64,000 bases of DNA from Callorhinchus milii (lineage: Eukaryota). Below are positions 13,817-24,029 of the stretch, in pieces. The translations under genes and the position numbers were made by a program. How positions within the stretch are numbered: the first letter of the stretch is position 1; each line of letters begins with the position of its first letter. The stretch spans positions 51,958,001 to 52,022,000 of the forward strand of contig NW_024704742.1 of the NCBI RefSeq assembly GCF_018977255.1. Direction: 5' to 3'. The notes below the pieces were generated by a model. The model ran no database searches and was not told the DNA's origin. It saw only the letters and a program-made list of their open reading frames with translations.

Positions 13817-16781
13817 CTAGAGAAAACACACAATGCATTGTAATGTGCCATTTTGTAGTAGAATTGTACGTCTTTAACTCACTCATATGCTGATCTTAGT
13901 AAATTTATATGAATCGACTAATACTCCTGGATATCAACCTGACCTGTCAATGTTAACAATCATTGTTAGAATAAGGATGCAAAAGCTAAACAGAACCATC
14001 CAGGCTTCAAATCACATCAAAAATCATTAATACATTAAAGAATGAATAAAAAAATACTGGAACAGACAATATAGCAAAATTTCAATGAGGAGGTTATTTG
14101 TTAATCACACAGTAAACCTATAAGTGTGTTCCTTGCTAGCCGAACACATGGTGTATAGTGGGGAACGCATTATCCTAAAGCCTATGTTTTAAGTGGGGAA
14201 CTTTAGTTTTGAGTTACTATTTAGAAAAACAGACCATTCCCCTTGAGGGGTATATTAGCCTTATATAGGAATGTTTCTACATGTGGAATTCCACCTGAAT
14301 CGCAACCCTTACATTTAATATAGCACCTTTCAATAGTGTTGAAACTTTGAAAATTGCTTTATAAGATTTTGCTGTAAAGTTTAATGACTGTTTTTTGTGG
14401 GCACACGACTGCCACATCATTTCAAGTTCCTTCAAGACAAATATTATATTCATTGTTAGAATTACATTTACTACCTTTTTGAGATTGACCTATAATAACC
14501 CATAATAATATTTAAACCTTCGCTTCTGTCTGGCTAAAAACAACACAATTTTCTTTTCAGTTCATGTCATAAATACATATACATACAGCTATTGTTACAT
14601 GGTTAAACTAAGCGGCTTATTTTAAGTCTCATTCTGCAGGTTCCTTAAGGCACAATGTAAGAACCAGTGAGGGAAAAGCAGATTAAACTTCATTGAAGAA
14701 ACAACTATGGAACTGTAAATTCCCTCTCTGTAACCCACATTAAATTGGCTACATTGTTGGTACTGAGGAGAGGGAGCTTTACCCTGGATCTTGCTGTATT
14801 ATATCTGTATTATTTCTGTAATATTTGATACTGGCAATGGGTACACAAAACAGAAACATGTCCCAACTCATTCCCAAACGTAAATAAGTCTCAAAGTGGG
14901 TTTGGACTCACAATCTCTGATTCACAGGCAAGTGAGTGTACTACCCATTGATCTAAGATACAGTACAATACAGTTTGCATTTATAATAGCACCGTTCACA
15001 TCGGGAGGACTCCCCAAGGGCCTCCGACAGTCGCACCTTGGCATCCATGCTGGGATGACAGCCGATGAAGATGACAGTTATACTCGGAGAAGTTCTAAGT
15101 ATTTTCAGTTCGTAGAGGTGGAAACTCCAATCCACTTCTCAACAACACAGACTGGCTAGGAGGGGTGGGGGGAGTCAATATTTTAGAAGCTATTTTCAAG
15201 TATTTTAGCAGTTCAACAAGAATACTGTAATGAACAGAATAAACTTAGCTGCAGGAGAATTTAATGGAATGAAAATTGGAACAAATTCATGTTATAAACA
15301 TGCAGTTCAAAACTGAAGAATCGTTGATAAAATCCAGACCCAGAGCAGACAATGTTTATCTTGAAGTACATCAGAGTACACTCAGTAACTATCCATTGAC
15401 ATTTTTACATCACTTTCTAAGCCATTCTTCCGGCAACTTTAACCTCTCTAAGTAATTTTCTATGATAGATTTCAGGCTGAAGCAAGCTTCTTGCTCTCTG
15501 AGATAAATATTTGTAGATATTAGCCTAACAAGCACTTCATAACAGGAATTTTACATGAAGCTATCATTAGGCTGAGCCATATCCTGAATTTCTCAATGGA
15601 CAGTCTTGGTTTGTTTGGAAAGTATGTAGCAAACACTGTATGTGTTTGCTCAGGAGCTGGAGCACACCATATGTCAAATATAGCAACCTTCTTCATTCAC
15701 TTTGGATTTGCTAAATGTCTTACTTTCTTATCTTACATCTAATTGTGCAATAAATAATCAATAAATCAATAAATAAATTATCACTATAATTGGAGACCAG
15801 CAAGTATGCAAAAAGCACCTGAAGGTAGCTTAGCTTTCTCTCTTGAGGATCACATGGACACCTCTGCTCACATTAATTGTATAGGTGAGATGGGAATGCA
15901 CAACATATGTAATAATAATTATAATAATCCTTGCATTGATAAAGCACCTTTCACATTGGGAGGACATTTCAAAATGTTTCACAGGATTGTTTGTAACATG
16001 TTTGTAATCATAACCATCAATCCAGATTCCACTGTTCCACACACAGTATATCATGGGAGTCAAGTTGGTGAACACTAGATTTGGGATTAGAAAATCCTGG
16101 GCTCAAATATTGGTGGGTTCAATTCCTAACAGGTTCACTCAGTTGCTCTTCATTTCAATGATGATAAGATGTGACTGTATTGATCTAAGGAGATTGGCAG
16201 AGTAGTCAAGTCAGACCCAGAGTCATAGACATGTATTCAATCCTGAAATCCAAAGTCCCAATGGCTGGGAACGCCCTGGCTGGACCATGTACTGCACCAT
16301 TACTGAGCATATCTGAATACTCGCCCACTGAGCTGCCTTCTCTGTTGTAGTTTTGGAAGAAAAAAATCTATCAGAATAAATGATTGTTTCTACATTATTT
16401 TCTTATTCATTTTACAGAATGACAGTTATTATTAATAAACCTAACCGATATCAGTACCTGCAAATCACTGTTGTCAAATATCATCAAACTCACAAGGTGG
16501 AGAGGACAGAGAGAAACAGAACCTGTGAATACTATGAATATGGATATTTTTTCCTGATTTTCCCATAATAAAGTTAATGATTCAAGTCATAATTTTATTA
16601 AATCTGAAGGTTTTGAGAAGAAACTGAAAAGCATAATGAATAACTTAATATGTTTTCATAATTCTTTTTAACTTAATGATGCAGATCGAATACAATTCTG
16701 TTGCCAGTGTACTAGTTAGTAAGAAGCCACACTATCTTTCTGCAGAATGAATAATAACTGTGCGCTAGTCACAGTGCTTAC

Positions 16782-16925
16782 CTTGTTATGTTTGTTCCTT
16801 TCATCGGGGCTTGTTGGGCTGCTGCTGCTGTTGCTGCTGCTGCTCCAGTTAGTCTCCTGCAGGATATCAGGGGACTGCTCTCTGGTCTTCCGCGACACAA
16901 TAAAATGCACCCGGTCTTCGCTTGC
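16782..16925 (-). CDS. LNX1: LNX1 exon 7, end of PDZ2 and Ser-rich linker
   Basis: Acceptor catttag|, donor AAG|GTAAGC, 144 nt. ASEDRVHFIVSRKTREQSPDILQETNWSSSSNSSSSPTSPDERNKHNK. Confidence 0.94.
16818..16844 (-). repeat. Coding (AGC)4 AAC (AGC)4 microsatellite encoding SSSSNSSSS
   Basis: Read directly within exon 7. Confidence 0.9.
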
Positions 16926-19169
16926 CTAAATGATGAGATACAGATGCAAGTCAGCTGGGAAATTGGAAAACTAACAAGTCCTAGAACCAGGATCCTCATT
17001 CACTATTGTTCGATTAAAATATACAGAACACAGAATAATAAAAATCTTTACATTTGATATATTGATACTTTCACGTCAGGAAGACGTCACAAGGATATAC
17101 TATAAATTGAAGTGACTGTATATTGTAGGCAAACACAGCAGACAATTTACCCAAAACAATATCCCGCATGAAATGAATGACCAATGTTATTTGGGGGATT
17201 GTTGTCCAGGACACCAGGAGAAACTCCTTTCTCAGTTTAATATCTCATCTGAGGAACTGTAACTTTTAACAATGCAGTACATAAACTACAAGATCTGATT
17301 AAAATTTATAATTTCCTCACAAAAATGATTTTTGAAGTGCTTCTTCTATTTCCCCTATTAATCCACTCTTACCCAGGAGATGACCCTTATTACTTAAACA
17401 AACAGATCACTACAGAGTAATATAAGAATAGTACAATAAAATTCAATTGAATGCTGTGTTTGAGAGCTATAAAGTATTGTGCATTAAAACTTCAGTCTAC
17501 AGAATTTAATTATATATAAATGTCTGTAATATGATTTCACTCGCACTCCTGTTACTTAGGCAAAGACAGTAAAATTTAACAATAGCTTTTAAAAGATTTG
17601 TCTGAAGTCTGCAGTTTAACTCAGTATGCTGATCATGCAAAATGATCAAAAGCCCAAGTGACAAATGACACTGAACCAACAGATTAATTACAATGTCAGT
17701 GACATTTAAACAAAACACTGAATCGGTTCAATATCAAAACCTTGTTGGGAGATTTTTGGGTTGGCTCCAGTTTGGTTGCCTGGCAGGAAATGCTTTTATA
17801 TTATTGTTTATTTCATTCTGGTGGGAAGTAGATCTAAAGAGTAGGTTTTAGCTTACAGCAATACACTTGACTAATTGATAAAATAAAACAACTTTAACAG
17901 GTGTTCCATTATTATACACAGCCTTTTGGTAGGCATCCAAAAACTGAAGGTTAATGGATTATACCTGGTGTGATTTGATGTGCAGTATTCAGTGTCTAGA
18001 CTTCGTCATGAAACCCAATAGAACCTGTATTGATGTGGAGTATTTTAGCAAGTTATTTGCCAATATACAGGCTGCAAATAGCAGCAGCCAAAAATGTCAA
18101 TAAAATAGCCAGTTTTATCCAGAGTGACAATTATAGTCACAATAAGAGGATGGGCAAGAATTATATTGTTTTCTAATTGCCTCATAATATATAAGTATGA
18201 AATCAGTTAGAAGCACCACAAGTTTCTAAATGGGTCTTAACAAGTCCATATTGTTTTAAATAGTTTATTAAATACAAACATGATAGATATGATTTACACT
18301 AGCCTTGATCCCTCATGATTCCATGGTGAAAACCTCCATAAGAGCAGAATGTGTTGGAAAAGGTATCAATTGGCTACCTAATTTTCTCTTGAATTTGGTG
18401 GCATAATTTGTCTCCACCAAGTCCCTGGGTGGCCTATTCCACATACTAACCACTCTATGTGAAGTAGTTAATTTAAAACATTCTATTCAAGTTGCAAAGT
18501 TTGTGACTATGTTCAAATATTAGGGTTTAGTAAATCTATACCTCTTGAGAATCTACTTCAAGAGATCTTAAGATCTTCCCTCACCCTTCTCTTCATCAGT
18601 ATGAACATTCACTGCATCTGAGTACTACAACCAGAATTGTACACAAATCACAGTGCTGTGATCCTACAACCATTCTAACATTCAAGGCTATCAAAATTGA
18701 AACTGTGCATGTTAAAGAAATTTATAACAGAAAAGACAGAAATCATCATCAGGATGAGTAGACGTTATTCCTGGCTAAAGCAGATAATGAGAACACACTT
18801 ATGGTAAAACAGATGTTTTATTTATTTGCTGACATTCCTGTTGATAAGTGGTTAGCAGCTAAATAGACTACATCCTATACACCAGTCTGATTCTGCACTT
18901 GGACACCAAGTTTTACTTGGCACAAATTGTATAACTTTGCTTCCTACCAAGGCTCAGCAATTATCCTTGACATTGACCAGATAACATGAGCATCCGTCCA
19001 AACGCAGATTCCAGTGGAGGACAAGACAGGCCAGATGGAACACTACAGCTGCCAAGCCACAAATCACACACATTGGATACCTGCATGGCCATTTATATCA
19101 GAAATAGGAATGTTAATACAACTGGTCAGAGCTTGAAATGAATGGCAACTAAACCAATTGAGCATTTAC

Positions 19170-19758
19170 AAGCATAAACTCAAAAAAGCAGAAAATACAG
19201 CCAATGTGCAGCAAATAGGATGCTGGAGTATATATTGCTAAATCAGTTGAGTTTAAATCCCAGACGTCATTCTTACGCTGTACAGTGCTCTGGTCAGACC
19301 GCACCTAGAATATTGTATGCAATGTTGGTCACCACAAAATAAGGAGTTGTCCAGACTCTAGAGGCACAGCGGAGAGCAACAAGGATAATCCTTAGTGTTA
19401 GAGGAATGACTAGACAAGTTAGGGCTCTTCAGTATTGAGAGAAGACGACTCAGATGGGACCTCACAGAGGTGAATTAAATTTTAAACGGGATTGAAAAAC
19501 TAAACCCAAATTATTATTTCAGGATGTATCATGACAGTTGAACACAAGAACATAGGTTTAGAGCTGTAAAGGGCAATTTCAGGACAGATAGCAAAATGTT
19601 TTTCTTTACCCAGCGGGTAATCAATAAGTGGAACAGGTTACTAGGAAAGGTGGTAGAGGCCAGGTCAGTAGAGTCATTTAAAAGTGGTATTCCAGACGGA
19701 TTAAATCAGATGGGCCGAAAAGCCTTCTTCATCTAGAACAATCTTGAGATCTTATGAT
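19170..19758 (+). mobile_element. Degenerate CR1-clade LINE 3' fragment
   Basis: ctgtacagtgctctggtcagaccgcacctagaatattgt ([13 protein letters not shown]) and a 3' end gatgggccgaaaagccttcttc...tcttatgat. Confidence 0.8.
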
Positions 19759-20439
19759 ATGTCCAGTGTAGCAACTACAAATCTACAGTGATGGCAGGCT
19801 TTACTGGCAATTGATGAAAGCAAAATATAAATGTTAGTGATGCAAGGTTGACCATTCAGAAAAATATGGGCTTTCAACTTTAGGTTCTCTCACAAAAAAC
19901 ATAGTCGCTCCTGTATCCTGTGAAATGTTTTAGGACATCACCACATGTGAAATGTACTTTACCATGTGTAAGGATTATTATTGTTCTGAAACCTGAAATT
20001 TCTCATCCTCTTAGCCTTAAAATCATTTTTTATACCTTAGAGTCCTGTGAAATTTTGGAAAAAGTCTTAAATTCTGATCTAATTTCAGAACTATGAAAAA
20101 TCAATGTCCAAATTAAGACTTAAATGAAGAATTTTCTAAAATTCTGCACTATCTTTCATTTTAAGGCAATGGTTTTAAAGCACTTCCGACTCATGCTCCT
20201 GAGCATAGATAAGAATGGAATTTCCCTTCATTTGTGAAATCCTGCATTTTGAATCATTTATCCTTCACAATTTATTAGTTTAATAAGGGTCACTCTTGCC
20301 CAATGTACTAGCTTTATGTCTTTGCCGAAGCACAATCTTCATAGATAATCTCTTTCAATTGAGTTGTTAGTTTCCTTTTTCACGCATGACTTTGGAGTGC
20401 TCTGCTAAATGGCTGCTAAACCCTTACAAAGGTTTTTTG

Positions 20440-20767
20440 AGCATAAAGCATATTGGTTAGAGCACTTGCCTCGCACGCGAGAAAACCCGGGTTCGATTCT
20501 TGGACAGGGCATAACCTTAGGCAAATTGCCTACTTTACACATCTCTGTTTACTTAGCAGTAAGTAGGGACACGGTTGTTTTTCAAAAAAAAATTGTAATT
20601 TGGTCACTCAGTCCACGACTGTCCATGGCACACGACTGTGTGCAAATGACTGGTGCATTTTGCCCTCAAAACATATAGTCAATTCACTTTACAGTATATT
20701 CTGTGAAGCGCTTTGAGGCGTCTTAACCACTTGATAAGGTGCTATATCAAATACAAGAATTATTATT
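20440..20767 (+). mobile_element. tRNA/CORE-like SINE ending about 24 nt from the exon 6 donor
   Basis: tggttagagcacttgcctcgcacgcgagaaaacccgggttcgattc head plus the common tail; a partial antisense copy lies at about 22810-23020. Confidence 0.78.
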
Positions 20768-20790
20768 CGTATTGAGTAAACAAAACTAAC

Positions 20791-21150
20791 CTGTATGATC
20801 TGTGCTGCAGTTTCAGGAGACCCATGGCGGAGATCATGCCCATTGATGGCTAGTACCCTGTCATTCAGTTGCAGTTGGCCATCTTGGGCAGCCAGGCCAC
20901 CTTGAAGCAAATTAAAGATAAAAACTCCCGACTCGTCAGCCTTGCGGACCAGTTTTATTCCAAGATGCTCATGAGAGCTCTTGTACAGGGTGATGTGGAA
21001 ACTGTCATCTCTGGCGCAGTTAGCTTCACTGCTGCTTCTACACTTGTAGCGTTGTTCTCTCAGTACAGTCAACAGGAGGTTCTCGCACGGCTGTCTCAGC
21101 ACTGCCAACGCATAGTTATGAGGCACATTCTTTATGTCAGTACCATTTAC
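20791..21150 (-). CDS. LNX1: LNX1 exon 6, end of PDZ1 and most of PDZ2
   Basis: Acceptor ttttggtgtccag|, donor CAG|GTTAGT, 360 nt, phase 0-0. [22 protein letters not shown]...[35 protein letters not shown]...[25 protein letters not shown]. Confidence 0.96.
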
Positions 21151-22049
21151 CTGGACACCAAAAAAAATTGCAAATGTAAATTTAAATCGTTAAAACACTT
21201 AAAGCAAAAGGAGCTAAAATCATAAAGCGTTTTACACTATTACAGAGAATGGCCAATCAGCCATCAAGTATGTATTGGTGTTTCTCTGACTTGAGTCATC
21301 TGAGATAGTCTGATCCCCTGGTCAGTCCTACATTCTGGATTATAGTTATTGGTCATTGGAAGTTTCAGGGTTGTAATATCACTAGAAAGAAAGTTATGAG
21401 ACATTCAAGTTGGAGCACAGGAGATGGCAGCACTAAGAAGTAGAGCTGCACCCACGATTATGTTAATTGTATGTTCTTTACCTTGGCATTCAACGGGGAG
21501 AGCAGTGAAGAACTTCAGGATAAGAAGTTGATTACATATCCTGAGAGCAGTCAGATTCATTGGGTTCTCAACGGGTCTGAGGGCAGATCCCCTGCCTTCT
21601 CTCTGGGCGATAGTGCAGTCTCTCAGCTGGTAGCAATCGTGTCACAAGGGCAGCGATTCTACATTCAAGCTCCATGTTGGCACTTGAGCTCAGATTGTGT
21701 TAATAATAATCCTTGCATTTGATATAGCGCCTTATCACAACTTCGAGACATCTCAAAGCGCTTCACAGAATATACTGTGAAGTGAATTGACTGTATATTT
21801 TGTGGGTGAAACGCAACAGCCATTTGCGCACAGCAGTGTCCCCCAACAGTCATGGATTATTATTATTATTTTATTATGTTATAGGTGTCAATGTTATAGG
21901 TGCTATGTCAAATGAGGAAATATTATTAATAAAAGATGAACTGGAACAGCGTTGACGGTGTTTGATTGATTTCAAACAGGAACAAGCTTCAGTCAGCTGC
22001 TGAAACACAAACTGTTCATTTTTAGAAAGGGTTCAGCAATGTGCAGTAC

Positions 22050-22252
22050 CTCCAGGATCATGTCCCCTGGCAACAATCTTCCATCCTTTGAAATGGCACC
22101 ATCTCGATAAATGTCTTGTATAACAATATTCTCCACAGATGTTTCACATCCTCCCACAATGCTGATGCCGAGACACTCCTGTGCATCAGAACGATTGATC
22201 TTGATGGTTGTAACCTCACCATCTGGAATTAGGTGATGTAATCTGGGGCATG
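22050..22252 (-). CDS. LNX1: LNX1 exon 5, PDZ1 N-terminal part
   Basis: Acceptor aattccag|, donor GAG|GTACTG, 203 nt. [68 protein letters not shown]. Confidence 0.95.
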
Positions 22253-23183
22253 CTGGAATTATAAGAACAAACATGACTGAATGTCTGACTCTGTCTCTTG
22301 TGTTATCTGGTTTATTAGCTTGCACTTCAAAAATGCCCTAAAGCACATGTATTCAGGGTACAGTACATTACGTTTCAGTTGATCATCAACGTATCAGTTA
22401 ACATTAACCTAAAACCCCATGGATCTTCCAGTGTGTGTGGTACTATTGCATAAATATTTTACACGCTCCTAAATGGATAACACTGGATCAAAGAATGACA
22501 CGTTACGAGTTAGGCAGCCTGCAAAAATGCTCGTGCTTCCTAAATGTAAAATTGACAGTTAAAATCTCAGAGTTCCCGGTCACTGAAGCTTTCCTGGGAA
22601 GAAGTTTTACCAACCCATTGTGAATTGCTGGATGGAGAGTTATGTCTCTGGTTAAGACTCAAGTCTCATATCTCAGACACTCTTATGCTTTGAACTGTTA
22701 ATTGCTTAGCAATGTGCTCTGCCACCTAATTAGCAATAGGTTGTTACATGGATTACTTCACTAAAGTGGGATACTGTTCCTTGTCTAGAGGAGAGCAAAC
22801 TCATACTTCACTTCTCTGGAAGAATTCTTTCACAGAATATACTCCAAAGTGCAGTGACTGTGTATTTTGTGGAGAGAAATACAGCATTCAATTGAGCACA
22901 GCTAGGGAAACAGAGGCATGTGGAGTAAGGAAACTTGCCCAAGGTTTCACCCCACCCAGAAATCAAACCCAGGTTTTCTTGCTTGTACGGCGAGTGCTCT
23001 AACCAATTTGCTAAAGAACTCAAGTACCTGTAGAATCACTTGTTGGTAAAAAATGGGATTGGGGATGTGCAATATGTTCCCCTTTGTTTATTAGTAAACA
23101 GTCCTGAAGGACAATTTATCAGATACCAATAGCTCTTTTGCTTGATGTCATGGTTCAGAATGAGTATTCAGAAAGTAGCTAAC

Positions 23184-23330
23184 CTTCTTCAGGAGGTGTG
23201 TCAGTCTGCACAATCTCCCCAGAGTTGCTACCAACCAGATTTCCGCTACTGGTTCTTCGAAGGTAACTGAAAGCTCGGTTCAATTTTTTGAAGGACCTGC
23301 TCCTCATTGGCTTGTGTTCTGAATGCCGGT
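23184..23330 (-). CDS. LNX1: LNX1 exon 4 (LNX1-specific basic linker)
   Basis: Acceptor tttctctcag|, donor G|GTTAGC, 147 nt, phase 1-1. Translates YRHSEHKPMRSRSFKKLNRAFSYLRRTSSGNLVGSNSGEIVQTDTPPEE, matching human [21 protein letters not shown]. Confidence 0.92.
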
Positions 23331-23760
23331 CTGAGAGAAAATAGAAATGAATGTCACCTCTGTATAATCATCAGAGTATTTATTACTTCAAGTGATCATG
23401 AGATTACACAAAGTATGTTTTACAATGTACAATAGTGTGAAAAGAAAGAGAGGCCATTTTAGTTTAAAACTAGAATTGTAAATGCAAACACCCCATCGAT
23501 AGTCCATGAATAAAACCCTGAATAAGTGCCAATTTTTTAATCAAACAATTATAAAATAGTAGTTATAGACATTCTGGGAGTGCTCAGGTGGACTTTAATA
23601 GTATTTTACAATACTGTTCATTCTTAAATAAAGTATTAGACACCGCGCCCAAATTTACTTCCCTTCACAAGATGGTGACTCATTATAGAAGACAGTTCAA
23701 TGGCTGCTGTCTGCCATCATATTTCTTACAACGCAGCTCAAAATTATAAATGTCACTTAC

Positions 23761-24029
23761 ATATCTTGTTACTACTTTTGCTGTGAGCACTGGAACTGCT
23801 TTCTGATCGGTTGTCTTCTGCATCAAAGGCCGGGTTTACCAGACCAGCGTCATCTGTCATGAAGGCCACAGCTGCAGATGCTGACAGTTGTGAAGAAAGC
23901 ACCGACATGGTCACATCACTGTCGTCTGCAGGAATCCTGGGAACTGAATCTCCATCACCTACTGAACAGCCTTCCTGACACTGTTTTTTCCGTTCCCCTA
24001 AAAGTCCATAGTTGGCTGCTCCTTTACAT
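23761..24029 (-). CDS. LNX1: LNX1 exon 3: end of Zn finger, linker and Numb-PTB binding NPAF motif
   Basis: Acceptor ttatgttgcag|A, donor T|GTAAGT, 269 nt. Translates CKGAANYGLLGERKKQCQEGCSVGDGDSVPRIPADDSDVTMSVLSSQLSASAAVAFMTDDAGLVNPAFDAEDNRSESSSSAHSKSSNKI. Not in the ORF track. Confidence 0.93.

Noticed and set aside
20869..21225. Plus-strand ORFs overlapping exons 6, 7, 9 and 2
   Set aside because: They are antisense shadows of LNX1 coding exons with no independent homology or splice structure.
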